In this document: positions 1 to 14,189 of the stretch, in pieces
Numbering within the stretch: the first letter of the stretch is position 1
How the letters are laid out: each line of letters opens with the position of its first letter
Origin: Octopus sinensis
Taxonomy: Eukaryota
Reading direction: 5' to 3'
DNA length: 64,000 nucleotides
NCBI RefSeq assembly: GCF_006345805.1
Contig: NC_042997.1
Span: 161,634,001-161,698,000, forward strand
Made by a program: the position numbers and the translations under genes
Notes under the pieces: model-generated
Database searches by the model: none
The model's input: only the letters and a program-made list of their open reading frames with translations
What the model was told of the DNA's origin: nothing

Positions 1-86
1 TCATATATATATAGCATGTATAAATATACATATATATACATGCATATATAATTTCATATGTATTCATATATATGTATATACATATG

Positions 87-131
<45 letters not shown>

Positions 132-356
132 ATATATAGACATACATATACACACACACACACACATATATATATGTATGTATATATTATATAAACATGT
201 ATACAGACATGGCCAGATATATTCATATATACATGTGCCATATGTATGTCAATGTATAAATACACACACTCATAAACATAATTATATTGTATATCACATA
301 ATGTCTAATGTATCAGAAAATATTTGAAAATTCAAGAATTTTAAAGATATACTTAC

Positions 357-652
357 CTTCTCTTTAAACTAGCTTCTTGTTGTTTATTACTGATCTGAAT
401 AATTTCTTCCCGGAAAGCTTCTCTAGTGCTTTTCTTCACAAGAGATTTTATAGCAGGTTTTATTTCCAAATATCCTGGTGGTACCCATCCTTGTTTAGCA
501 GGGGTACTTTTTGTTGGTTTTGTGCGAACAAGCCATTGTGAAGAATTTTCCATGTCCAAAACTTCTACAAACTGACCTTCACTGAGTCGAATGCTGTCAG
601 TACAATCTTCATCTGGCTTGTAATCCGCAAGGACAACATAGATAGGAAATCC
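357..652 (-). CDS. OBSCN: Obscurin SH3 exon (296 nt, phase 0 to 2), probably leading into the RhoGEF DH domain
   Basis: aag|GGATTT acceptor, gtaagt donor; [14 protein letters not shown]...QGWVPPGYL...EASLKR. Confidence 0.9.
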
Positions 653-764
653 CTTTAAATTGCAATGAAGAAAATTCATCAACTAAATATCATTGAAAAC
701 AAGTAGGCAAATATGGATTTAATATAATATAGAGTATCAACCAAAACTCATTCACATTATTACA

Positions 765-1958
765 TTGGGTCATCCCATAAATAATGCAGTTTTTTTATAC
801 TATCTAGTAGACTTGCAAAGATTCTCTTCTAAAATTCACTTGTGCGTAATGAAAAATACTCCTCCTGTTCTGACCTAGTCTACAGAATTCCTATTTTTTC
901 CGTCCAAAAGATTTTGAAGACTGCAGAATAAATGATAATCAGATGGGACAATGTCCAGTGAATATGGTGGGCGGGGCATCGTTTCCCATTCAAACTGCTC
1001 TAGTCTTTGGAATGTCATCCTTGCTGTATGTGGCTGAGCATTATCCTGGTGGAAGGACAACTTTCATCTTAAAAACAAAGATGGTTGTTTTTCTTCTAGC
1101 ACTGACGTAAGCTGCTCAAGCTGCTCACAGTAGATCTAGTTTGTCCTCATTTGGTTTGTGTTTAAAAGTTTAAAGTGGACTAAACCTTTCATATCCCACC
1201 AAACAGATAACAGCACCTTACATGGATGAAGACCTTCTTTAGCCTGGGGTGCCAGTGTTTTTCCTTTTCCTACCCACTGTCTTTGGCACTTGACATTTTT
1301 AAAGAGAACCCATTTCTCATCACCAGTCACTATTTGGTCCAAAAAGGTTCAATCATGAGATGTGGCAGTAAAGAAGAGCACATATTCACTCTCTGTGCAT
1401 GATTAAACTCAGAAAGTTTGTGAGGAACCCATTGATCCATTTTGCTGACTTTTCCGATGACACACAGCTGTCGATGAATGGTTGAAAGACCAAATCCAAG
1501 TATATCTGCTAGTTGCTTAACAGTTACAATGGGATTTTGTTCCACCACGGTTTGTAGGACGTCTTCGTTGAGTTCTACAGATCTTCCAGGATGAGGCTTG
1601 TCTTCTTGGCTGTAGTTTCCAGCTCAGAATTTCTGGAAGCACCATTGACACTGGTTTACATTTATTGTCCAATCTCCATATATTGCATTAATATTCCTTG
1701 CACTTTCTGTTGCATTGTTGTCTTTACTGAACTCATAATGCAAAATATGCAGAATATGCTCCTCTGTCACTTCCATTATAGCTTTGAAAAATAACTGTTA
1801 AAATCGAACAACACTCTTCAAAACTTGCATGAAGAATAAGCACAAGGTAAAATTACAACCTGCTTTTATAGAAAGTTGATGCAGGTAGTTTATCCTGTCC
1901 CCCTCCAACTTTTACTTCATGCAATTGAAAAAACCGCATTATTTATGGGATGACCCAA
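765..1958 (-). mobile_element. Decayed full-length mariner (DD34D-type) transposon
   Basis: ~30 bp TIRs TTGGGTCATCCCATAAATAATGC(A/G)GTTTTTT, TA on the right flank; frameshifted transposase with IVTGDEKW, HQDNA.PH, PYS.DI.PSDYHLF. Confidence 0.93.
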
Positions 1959-2056
1959 TACTTAAATTTCAAATATAGTAACAGCAAAATTCATTTGGAG
2001 TCTTAGAATTACTCTAAATGTGTAAAACACTTAAATATATAATACACATGCTTTAC

Positions 2057-2160
2057 TTCATGTAAAAAGCTGTCATCTTCCTCTTCTGATGATAATACTT
2101 CAGGAGACATTCTACCACTTGGTGACTTTGATTTATGGTCCCTTTTCAGAGAAATTGAGT
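2057..2160 (-). CDS. OBSCN: 104-nt exon, Ser/acidic linker DSISLKRDHKSKSPSGRMSPEVLSSEEEDDSFLHE
   Basis: ttcag acceptor, gtaaag donor; phase 1 to 0 exactly bridges the neighbouring exons. Confidence 0.8.
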
Positions 2161-2937
2161 CTGAAATTTAAATTTATTCCAATTTAGATATTAATCAATA
2201 AGATTATCTTACATGATAACTACATAAAGTAAATAAGATGATTTTAATATTATGTATATTCAATTTCAATTCTTTCCAGAATACTGAATTCAAAGTAAAT
2301 ACTGAAGGGTTTCAGCTCATCTCACTTTCACATTATAAAGTAATATGGCATTTTAAAACAAGCATATATTTGTATGAAACAAAATATTACAATTTAATGA
2401 ACTCTTTAATCTTTTATGTATAATTATTGTTATACATATTTAAATATGCAGAAAGTATTTCAAAGTATGCATTCATTTTCTGCAAAACAATGTAACCCAA
2501 AAAGTATTATGGTATAATTTTAATTAATTAAAATTTTTTGGCTTATCATATTAGGTATGTTAGCACTCACTTTACTTTTATATATATATATATTAGCACC
2601 ATGCACTACTGGGATCCTCTACATACCCCAACAATTACCACTCTTTCTTTTTGGTTGTCATAATACAAAGTATTTATTTTGAGTTAAATTATTTTCACTA
2701 TACTGCCAAGGATCAGAAACACTCCCATTATTTTAAATGATTATATTCCAGAGTCGACTCCCTTGCCTTTTTTGACTAAAATTAATTATAATTGACATAA
2801 TGATTTAGACTCAACAAAAACTGAATTCATTTAACAAAGTTTTCAGCTTAAATTTCTATTTTGGAATGTTTCCATCCAATTGGTCGTTTTGATAATGATA
2901 CTACTTTTCACATCAAACTATTTCAAATATTACATAC

Positions 2938-2986
2938 CTTCTTTTGTTTTATCCATCGTTAGCATTTTTGAAGGAACAGTGCATAC
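2938..2986 (-). CDS. OBSCN: 49-nt exon VCTVPSKMLTMDKTKE (end of SH3-like domain)
   Basis: Pyrimidine tract + aacag acceptor, gtatgt donor; phase 0 to 1. Confidence 0.75.
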
Positions 2987-3241
2987 CTGTTACAAAACAA
3001 AAAGGATTAGATAAAAGAGAAAAATGAAATGAAATGATAGAGCATAGTTTTGATTTTCCTAATTCTGTAGTTATAGTAAACTTGAAACACCTCTGCATAA
3101 GTTTATAATTATTCATAAACAAATATAAATATTCTTATTACATTATAATAACACATTTTAGTTTTGTGGAAGATTAAGCAATTAAAAATCATTGAAGTAT
3201 TAAAAGATATGGGTATTTTAATGTCTCAAAATAATTAGTAC

Positions 3242-3385
3242 CTGATCCCTCCTTTCTAAACTTTGCACAACCCACATTTCAGTGTCTGTTGAATTAAGGA
3301 CCATTACTTGAACATCTTTTTGTAGTGTTACATTAGTTTTAGTGTCAGTAAAATCACACACAAGTGAATAGATTGGTACAGCATC
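3242..3385 (-). CDS. OBSCN: 144-nt exon, divergent SH3-like domain DAVPIYSLVCDFTDTKTNVTLQKDVQVMVLNSTDTEMWVVQSLERRDQ
   Basis: ttttgtag acceptor, gtacta donor, open frame phase 0 to 0; spacing resembles SH3 (Y..V.DF...L....V.VL.....W.V). Confidence 0.78.
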
Positions 3386-3557
3386 CTACAAAACAATGGA
3401 AAAAAAACAGCTTTAACTAAAATCAAGCTGGTTTTAATTGTCTTATAAAATTTTCAAAAATCATAAGGTGTGGATATATATATATATATATACATATAGC
3501 ATCAGTAATGTATATAATATATTGTTGGATACCCTACACTATAATGCATATATATAT

Positions 3558-3610
<53 letters not shown>

Positions 3611-3877
3611 ATATATATATGCATGAACATAGACACTGGCACACACACACACACACGCACGCACATTCTTTTCCAATACTGAGTTTCATTTCTTTTTAGC
3701 TAGCTAGAATGGAAAAACATTTAAATTTTCAACCATTATTAATATTGATAACTTTCTAAGTATGATGCTCTTTTGTGAAATTTTTTCTCTTCTTTTTGCA
3801 GAAGTTTTGCTTTTAAAATCTTAACTATATTATTAAAACCATCACTTTGATTATTTATCTCAATACAAATGATTTAC

Positions 3878-3921
3878 CTTTGTATCAGAAACAAAGTCAG
3901 CTTGCTGTCCATCTGGCTTTT
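3878..3921 (-). CDS. OBSCN: 44-nt exon EKPDGQQADFVSDTK (alternative acceptor would extend it to 3927)
   Basis: Strong pyrimidine tract, AG acceptors, gtaaat donor; phase 1 to 0 joins the last Ig exon to the SH3-like exon. Confidence 0.7.
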
Positions 3922-4860
3922 CTAGAGCTTAAGAAGAAGGGAAAGGAGGAATTAAGATTTTATGCCTAGCACATTACACAAATAATTATGTCTAAGAGTA
4001 AAACAAAAATATATGAAACTGTTAAAAGAAATAAAAACAGTTAAAAGAACAAAACGGATAAAATAATATGTTCAAAAATTAAATCAGAGAACTTGAAGGA
4101 AGCGCTTCTGCAAAGCCTGAGCTCAGATGGCTAAAACAAATTTACAGAAGAACAAAACAACTTTTCAAATAGTAAATATATAATTTAGAATCAAAAAGTT
4201 ATTACCATATTTTAACAATTTCTTTTTCTATATATGTTATGAGTAAACTTCTCTACATTATAGAGAGACATGCATCAAGTTGTTGTTTGCTTGATAATTT
4301 TCTTCTTTATCCCAGTTTTCAAAGATTTTTATAAAAAAATGTCCTAACATCTTTTTAAAGAAGCCTAGCTCATTAATTAATGATATATGAACATATAAAA
4401 TGTGAATAAACAGTGACATGAATTTGAAAAAGTTTCTGTTCTGATATTAACTAGACAGCAGAGAACACGCATATAAATCACCTTGCAAGGTGCTACCATT
4501 CAAAGCAAAATAATAAATAATAATAGGAAACCTTTGCGACATAAACAGACTCATAAAGAATATAATGATACATAAAAAAAAAACTGTGCCGCAGTTGTCA
4601 ATTGTGAGATTGCCAGAGAATATAGTAAGAGAGAAATAAAGTCACATCATAGAAAAATATTCTACATTGGTCATAAATATATATATAAATTTTTGTTTTT
4701 TACTTTATTTTATTCTTTAGGCATGGAAGCAAAATATTGCTCATTCCAGACGTATAAGTTTACATGATCCATCCAGCTTATATGTATATGCATATATGAA
4801 GACCCATATATGCATAGATATTGTCATCACTGTCACCATCATTATCTTTGTAACTTTTGT

Positions 4861-5884
4861 CATCATCATCATCATCCTCATCATCATTTAACATCCACTT
4901 TCCATGATAGCATGGGTTGGATGATTTGACTGAGGACTGGCAAACCAGATGGCTACACCAGACTCCAATCTGATCTGGAAGAGTTTCTACAGCTGGATGC
5001 CCTTTCTAACGCCAACCACTCTGAGAGTGTAGTGGGTGCTTTTACATGCCACCAGCATGATGGCTAATCAGGTGGTACTGGCAATGGCCATGCTCAAACG
5101 GTGTTTTTACATGCCACCTGTACAGGAGCCAGTCCAGTGGCACTGGCAACGACCTAGCTCAAATGTTTTTTCATGTGCCACTGGCATTTTTACGTGCCAC
5201 TGGCATGGAAGCCGGTCAGCTGCTCTGACAATGATCACACTCGGATGGCACTCCATTGGCATGGGTGCCAGTCATCAAATTTGATTCGATTTCGATTTCA
5301 CTTGCTTGAACAGGTCTTTGCAAGCAGAGTTTAGTGTCCAATGAAGGAAAGATATGCATAAATAGGCTGGTTACACCCCTGGCATATGCCACAGGTTATG
5401 GTCTCACTTGCCAGGTCTTCTCACACACTGCATATTTCCAAAGGTCTCGGTCACTAGTCATTGCCTCGGTGAGGCCTAATGTTTGAAGGTTGTGCTTCAC
5501 CACCTCATCCCAGATCTTCCTGGGTCTACCTTTTCCACAGGTTCCCTCAACTGCTAAGGTGTGGCACTTTTTCACACAGCTATCCTCATCTATTCTTACT
5601 ATATGACAATACCAGTGCAGTTGTCTCTCTTGCACACCACATCGGATGCTTCTTAGGTCCAACTTTTCTCTCAAGGTACTTACACTCTGTCGAGTATGCA
5701 CACTGACATTACACATCCAGCAGATCATACTGGCTTCATTCCTTGTGAGCTTATGCATGTCCTCAGCAGTCATGGCCCATGTTTCACTGCCATGTAGCAT
5801 GGCTGTTCATACACATGCGTCATTCAGTCTACCTTTTACTCTGAGCAAGAGGCCCTTTGTCACCAGTAGAGGTAGGAGCTCTCT
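4861..5884 (-). mobile_element. 5'-truncated RTE-clade LINE 3' end with 3' UTR and (ATG)n tail
   Basis: MLHGSETWAM...W.CHI.R...GRPRK.W RTE C-terminal motifs; (CAT)n run at the left end. Confidence 0.85.
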
Positions 5885-7098
5885 GTATATATATATATTT
5901 GCATGCATAATCATAAATACATTTATATATGTATGTGTATATATATCCATATGCTTGTGTAGATAGATAGTAGACAGACAGACAGATAAACAGGAAAATT
6001 GACAGAGAGATTGACAAGTGGATATTAAGTCAGTTGAAGGAAGGCGACAGAGCCAAAATTTTACAGTAGCTCAACATATCCCCATAAAAATTATACATGT
6101 GTGCATGCATGTATACATGAAACCATTGTAAGATTTTGACAGAACAGAGAACTAGTAATATAGATAAGTATAAGCTCATGAATTCAATCAAAATATATAA
6201 AAGAATATTACTCTACCTGGCTTAATAAACAAAGGGTTATAGAAACCAATGTAAATGTTATGGAAAGCATCTGTATTTCATGTCTGTTATCAGTGGTTCT
6301 TAATTATTTACATTCTCATTTTGACTCTCTTGATGCATTTCCTTAAAAGCCTTATATTAAAAATATGGTTTCCTAGACTTTTGTTTTCTAGACTACAGCT
6401 TATTTCTTTGAATTTTATAGGTCATGCTCATAATTTAACTATTCAAATATTGCTTATGCATGAATGATGTTAAAAAAAATGAATATTTTCCATCAACTTG
6501 AAAAGCAGATATTATGATTAAGAAATAACATAACAGTTGCATTTAGAACAGCGTTCTCAAATACCTTCAAATAATGGTTGTCAAATAAAAATTTAAAAAA
6601 TGCAAAGCTCAAAACCTTGCTATTAAAGCAATTTTAGAAATAAAAAATCTTTGAAAGCATAAAGAAAATGTGCACAAATTATCCATGCTACAAAATTGTT
6701 AGAAATATTTGTCAGAACGGTATTATTTAGAGACAAATTTTAGGCTAGTGTTTAAAGCCACTGTTTGAAAATAAAAATGCATTTTTAAAATTTCAGTCCA
6801 TTACAAAAATAGAAAGAAATTTGCTAATTTAAATCACAAGGCTGGCAAATTTTATATATTTGAAGATGCTAACTATTAAGAATAATTTAACTGGATAAAA
6901 TAAATTCACAACTCAATGAATAACAACTTCGTTCTAAAATGTAGTATTGTAGCTCAGCTTTAAATGCCTCCATATTACTGATTTTCTTATTCAAAGAATC
7001 ACATAGATGTTTAATGACTTTTTAGCATGACTAATTTTTCAATAAGTTTCTCATTTGATGTACTTAAACAAACAAACAAACAAATGCACACACACACA

Positions 7099-7129
<31 letters not shown>

Positions 7130-8259
7130 CAGATTAAATCAGAACTAATCAATAAAGTTTTTTCCTAATATCAGAGTATATAATTACATTTTGTTAAGAG
7201 TTAAATGTCACTGAAAATAATTGATTCTCGAAGAATAATAAGTGAGATATTATAGCCGAGGCATCGTGGTTATTAAGTCTATCTTCATCAAGCAATGCTT
7301 AAGCATACATCTAATGTGAAGGTAAGTAATTGAATATGTGAGACATTGCATCCTCATATATGTGATGTTTCAGTATTATTCCAGGGTCACTGAACTCTGC
7401 TATGCAGAGACTGGCTGTTTGATTTCAGATAAATTGTTATTAAGATTTGGTCTTTAATGATTGAAGACCTAGATGCTGGTTGCTATTGAGGAGGGAGAAG
7501 TAGATTTTGTTTGTTCATTAGCTTTAATTACCTTAACTTAATTAGGAGGTCCTTGGCAATACAACACATCTGAATTTGGCTCCTTATAATGCGGTTGTTT
7601 TAATATGAGAGTCTATGTTGTTTGTATGTGTTCATATTGGATAAAAGTTATAATGTTTTTAGAATAGCACTGAAATATTATTCTGACGAGATTTTAAATT
7701 CTCAAAATATTTGCAGTTGATCAGAGATATTTTGTGGTTTGAAGCGTGGAGAGAACATAACCCAAACTAAATCAGTGTTGAAATTGGAAATTGGGGTTGA
7801 TTGTACTAATGAGGAATAAGATAGTACTGAGAGTTTGCAACTAAAGTATTTTCATAGATTTAAAAAGATAAAACATTTCCACATGGTAGAATGTGGCAAG
7901 TACTAAACTGAGTGAAGAAAAACTTACAAAGAAATAGATAGACTATGTCTTACATTTAGTTACACAAATATAATGAAATAGGATAATATATGTGTAACAT
8001 TATAAAAAAAGAAGGCTGTATTGAATAATGTCCTAAATGTTCAAAAATGTAGGATGATTGCCTTTGATCAAGATTGACTTTGGGTTAAACAACAACCACA
8101 ATTAGTGTTATAACATTTTTCATAAATCAAATATAAGTTAACATTGCTAACTAAACTTCAAATAATCAATAATGGTAATAATCTATTGTGATATAAGTAT
8201 ATATATACATCTATTATTTTAGAGATTATTATATTGGAAAAAATGTAGATGAATCATAC

Positions 8260-8526
8260 CTTCAACAGTAAGTTTTGCTTTAGAAAATTTATTTCCAATT
8301 ACACAGGAATATTCAGCTTTATCTTTTAAAGTGACATCGTGTATAACAAGCTTCTGTACATACTTGTCTGTGATGATTTCAATTCGCTTACTTGACTTTA
8401 CCTCCTTTCCTCCCTTCATCCATCTTACCTTTACATTAGGTTTTGTTAATTCACATGTGAATGAAGTAGTTTCACTTTCTTTCACTTTCGTATTTGCTAA
8501 TTTTTTGATGAATTCAGGAGGTGCTT
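8260..8526 (-). CDS. OBSCN: Diverged I-set Ig exon (267 nt, phase 1/1)
   Basis: cag|(E)APPEFIKKL...C...W...D.AEYSC...LTVE|gtatga. Confidence 0.9.
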
Positions 8527-10066
8527 CTGTTGAACATTAAATAGGATTAAAGTTAGCTTAAATATATAACTACTAAAATACGATTGCTCATTCTGAATGA
8601 ATTTTCACTAAAATTACTAAGAGAGCAACATACCAAAACAATAAAATAACTGTCATAGAAACTATGAAAACTTATATTTTTGTAATACAGAATATCATGC
8701 ATGTACAAAAGAATATAATAAAATTTAAATTGTGAGCATGCTTTAGGATAAATACAACACAAGATATATAAAAAAAATGGAGAAAAAATTGTAAAATTTC
8801 ATCAAGAAAAGGAAATTATTTTAATAACTTCAAATCAAATAAAATTTTAAATTATGTCAAATTTCAAACCATATCAAATTTTTAAAAAACTGTGAGAAAA
8901 AGAACATTTGAACAGACCCTTATAATAAATAATTATTAATTACTTCATTAGGTTTATGTTTTAATGATCTAAACTCTAAACCAATACAAACATTTAGATA
9001 TACAGCATGGCCGCAGCCTTCAGGCTAAAACATTTTTAAGGATTTAAGGATACACATTTTGAACTATACAATATTTTTTATTATTTGTACACCATTCAGA
9101 CTGAATTAGAAGTTAGATTTGATATTTTTATATTATGAATCAATAACATTTGAATGATACAGAACTTTATTTTGTATTAAACTTCAGCAAAAAATGCTCT
9201 ACTACCTATTCACAAAAAAAAAAAATTAAGTTTCAGGTCTAAGGGAGATAATTCTTTTCAGAAACTTTATTAAGAGAAAGTTTTAATTAACAAATTAACT
9301 ATAAAATTTAATTATGATATATTTGAAAATTAAAAAAAAGTATTGCACTCATCCATTTTTGATAACTTTTTCACACAGTAACAGAAGACATAAAAGAAAA
9401 ATGAAGAAAGCTCTGATAGAATGGACTAGGCTATAAATGAAGGAAGTCATTTTCAAACTGTGTATGTATGTCTAGATATGTAAAAGCAATATATATAACA
9501 TATACTTTGATCTTGTTTTATATATGTCTATTTCTTATAGGATAGCAATATTTTTTTCTATCATTTGAACTATTTCTTTTAAGTTTATTGCATATAGTCA
9601 TTACTTTCTCATTAAGCTCTATGGATAACGTATTTGTGCCTTATTTAGTTTTTTAATTATTATTAAATTAATTTGAATATTGTTCTATCTACTCTTTTTC
9701 TTTTTACATTGGCAGAGTAAATAATTCTTCATATCCTGATTCTTTATCAAAATAAAAATGGAAAATAGTCTGACTTTGAATGAAAAGATCGTTCTGTTTT
9801 TCTATTTCATTGATTGCTGAACTACACCATTTTTATTCTATTAATTAGTTTAAAATTATTCATTTATCATTTATATACTAATGATAATGAATAAGCTATG
9901 TGAAAGAGCCTCAGTTTTGACCGATACCGAATGGACATGACAAGAAAAGAAGAATATTGTTAACTGAATGGTACAGCAGATGGAATATGACAGATATTTA
10001 TAATAAAACATATTCTACTTCTTGAAGTATTGAGCACATAATTGTGTTCTTAAGTATATCACACAA

Positions 10067-10196
<130 letters not shown>

Positions 10197-11440
10197 ATAT
10201 ATGTGTGTACTCTGAGTAATATGCCATCTCTTATTTAATACTATTTGGCAGAAAAGTTTATTTAGTTATTTTGCCTTTTCTCCTGAGATAGAAGTAATTG
10301 TTTATTGTTTAGTGGAAAGCATTGTGTGACACTTCAAATTCATTTAAAATTTAATAAACCTAATTGTATTTATGGAAAAAAACATTTATCCCAGTGTAAA
10401 GGATGGACATTTAAATCTAGGTGTTCTTTTATCTAATCATCTTCAGACATATGTTTCAATTTATAATAAAATGAAATAGAGATGTAGTCAAAAATACTTT
10501 TGTTCATTAACTTGGATGTGTTTAGCAATATCTAAATATTTTTTGTCCTGGGAAGGTCCTTCACTAATCAGCAACCACAGATTGTTTATGGTCAAAAGTG
10601 GGTGTAAAGGTGCCATTTATTGACTATAAATCTTCAGAAATTATATACAGTATAACAAGAATGAAGCCAGATGGCCTTCCAAATGCTAGCTATTTGATCA
10701 TAAAGTGTAAAACCTTACTATTTTTATAATGTGAGGTAAAGTAAACAGAATAAAGAATCTAAAAGTACAATATTTTGCCTCTGGCAATATTTGAAACTCT
10801 GGCCCCTTCACTAGTAATTCGTTTCTTCATTCACACAAAATAAAACATAGTTTATCCTAGACCATTTTCAAATTCTTCAATTCTGCTTGGATTATATGCT
10901 TTGAACACTGTTTCTACATATATAATAAAGCTTTTTGTAGTTGTGATGTATGTCTGTAGTGAGGCAAACAGCTTCAATTAGTCTATTTTCCTTTTACACA
11001 TTTATTCATTAAAATTTTTATTATATGCTTTGAGACAGTTATTGTTACTGTTATCAAGGTGGTGAACAAAGTCGGAACATTGGATACAGTGCCCTGTGGT
11101 ATTTGTTCTGGCTCAGTTTTGACAGACATTGAATGGACATGACAAAAAAAGAAGAATATTGTTAACTGAGTAGTGGATAGAATATGACAGATATTTATAA
11201 TGTAACATGCTCTACGTCTTGAAGTATTGAGTACTTTATTGTGTTCTTAGGCACATTACACAAGATTATATATATATATATGCACATATATGTGTATGTA
11301 CCTAACTGATCTATGATAGCCAACAAAAATTCAAAGCTATAACCTCTTCTCCAAACGTTTATTTAGAAAAAAAGATATATACATTAATATGATTTGCTCT
11401 TGATTCCTCACTGCGAGGAGAGTGGATAACTGTGGCAATT

Positions 11441-11441
<1 letters not shown>

Positions 11442-11495
<54 letters not shown>

Positions 11496-11616
11496 CCAAT
11501 CTACCTACCTACCTACCTACCTACCTACCTACCTCCGTATGTATGTATGTATGTATGTATGCATGTATGTATTTATGTATGTATATATGTATGTATGCAT
11601 GTATGTATGCATGCAT
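11442..11616. repeat. (TATC)n(TACC)n(TATG)n compound microsatellite
   Basis: Direct inspection. Confidence 0.95.
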
Positions 11617-11880
11617 AAAACTTTCAGCCTTTCAGTAATTTTGTAACTTCTGTGGACTGAATGTATATGTATATGTATGTAGGGAGAGAGAGAAAGAGAG
11701 AGTAGGAAATAGAAAGAATGACAGAGATAGAGACTAACAGAGACAGACAGACTAGTTAAAATAAATAGATGCAAATAAAAATTAATTCTAATATTCTAGT
11801 AGCTATAGTATTTCTTAATCATATAACCATATGAATGGTTGCACTCAAATAAAGATTTTGAAGAAATGTTCAATTCGTAC

Positions 11881-12147
11881 CTTCAACAATTAAAGTAGCA
11901 TTAGAAGAGACATGACCAAGGTCACAGATATATTCTCCTTTATCTTCAAAACATACTTCTTCAATTATAAGTTTCTGAATGAATTTCTCTGTGATGATTC
12001 TAAATCTCTCATTTTTCTTCATATCCCGTCCATTTTTCAGCCAATTCACTTTAATATTTTCTTTAGTTAATTCACATGAGAAAACTGCTGTTTCCTTTTC
12101 AGTAACATTCACATTTGAAAGTGTTTTGGAAAATTCTGCCCCTGATT
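11881..12147 (-). CDS. OBSCN: Diverged I-set Ig exon (267 nt, phase 1/1)
   Basis: cag|(E)SGAEFSKTL...DKGEYIC...LIVE|gtacga. Confidence 0.9.
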
Positions 12148-12761
12148 CTGTTAGACATGCAAATGTAAACATAGAATTCAGCATCTGAACAGCAAAGCAT
12201 TAATTTACACTGCAATTATTAAAGTAGAAATTGGCAAAACTAAAGCAAGTGAGATGTTTTAAGATTTCCAGATGAAAGAATATTTTTGTAAACTGATAGA
12301 AAAATTAAATGTATTTTCTTACATAAAGCCAAATCCAAACAAATCATTGCAATTCTAAAGCAATCCAGAGAAATCATTGAAAATAGGCCATGCCCAGCTT
12401 AAGTAATAATTTTGACAATCAAAAGTATTAGTTCAAAATAGAAAAAAACACATTTTAAAATAGATTATTAAAGAAATCAATCCATTAAGCTTAAAGTTAT
12501 ACTTCAAAACTTGTGTAGATGAACTTTGTATAATTAATCAGCAATATTTCATAAACAGTTTTCCTCCGTTTTTCAAATTAATATTATATGGAATTCATGA
12601 GCATGATGACTAAAATTCTCTTGAAATACTTTATAATGTATATAAAGTTTAAAAAAATATAAAGTAATAAAAAGAATCTTCAAGCTATTTATGTTAGTTA
12701 ATTTTTCAATGTATAAACATTTAAAAATCAAGGTTTGGAATTGTTAAAAGATTGAACTGAC

Positions 12762-12814
<53 letters not shown>

Positions 12815-12836
12815 TCAGCAACAAGTTGCTTAGCCC

Positions 12837-12875
<39 letters not shown>

Positions 12876-13598
12876 AACTTTTTGTAAAAGTTCCTACCAA
12901 TAATGGTTATATTTCCATACCAAAACTACTAGGTAATAATTATTAATTTTTAAAATTAATAATTATTTACCCTTATATTATTAATTATATATATATATAA
13001 TTTCAATAGATTTAAATAAGAAGCACATTCTTTTCTTGGAGTAGTCTGCATAGAAACAGTATCAAAGAATTACCCAGGTAAAAAGATATTAGCATATTCA
13101 ACTATATAATAAGATGAATGACCATAAATCCTATTAAACTTTGAGGCAAGGTTAAAGGAAATAATTGATGCTGAAATATAAAAGTCAACTTTATTGAGAA
13201 AACTAGATGGTTCATTAATGGTGTATACAGTGATAAAGAATACTCTATGAAATGAAATTGTTGATGCATATATATTTTTAATGACTACAGATTATATGGG
13301 TCTATAGGAAAAAGACACATGAATTTTTTTGACTATATTCAGTATTATAATTATCTGTCCATAATATCATAAGATAGACATACCTAAACTTTAATCAAAC
13401 TAAACCTATATTAAAATATTTTCTCTTTTATATATATATATTTCCTTTTTGTATTCAGTTTGCAAGATTCTCTATGTGAATTCGTGTGTTGAAGCATATT
13501 TTATTGTGTCTGGGGAGAGTCATTCTCTTTTAGCGCCTTATTAATTTAACAAACTCACCAATTTCTACTCATTTATTTGTTTATGACTCTCCCAAGAC

Positions 13599-13730
<132 letters not shown>

Positions 13731-14189
13731 TGAGCATATTTCCTAGAACTGCTGTGAGGATAGCATATTCTTCAGTCATTATACATCTAGTAATAACTCA
13801 GTATGGCAGAAGCCATAATTTTCTGATAAGGCCATACTAATACTGAAAATTGTCTGAAGCTGCATCCAGTACATGCCAGGAAAATGAAAATATTTGGTAC
13901 TGGCTGTGATTTTAAATTCTAAATATTTTGAGAGTGCTTCTGCAGCCAAATAGCTGGTTTTGTACTCTTGCTTCTTCAAACACTTTCAGAGCAAAATAAC
14001 TCACAAGCATTCTTTGACCTAATAGTATAGATAATGAGCAAAAAATAAATTACAACTGTAGCAATAAAAAAAGTGATAGGTTGTTCTTTGTTTACCACAG
14101 AGATACAGGCTTCCTAAAATACAAAGAGCCAACACATCTATTACTTCTTGATTAATTGTTCTTCTTACTTTGTAAGTTAGAGTTTATTT

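Noticed and set aside
4080-4620. Possible additional or alternative first exons (acceptor-like at ~4131, donor-like at ~4481) for a short SH3-first isoform
   Set aside because: No phase-compatible exon could be built and no promoter evidence is visible; needs 5' RACE or CAGE
7250-7870. Slightly GC-richer stretch resembling coding or retroelement sequence
   Set aside because: No ORF, splice pair or recognisable motif
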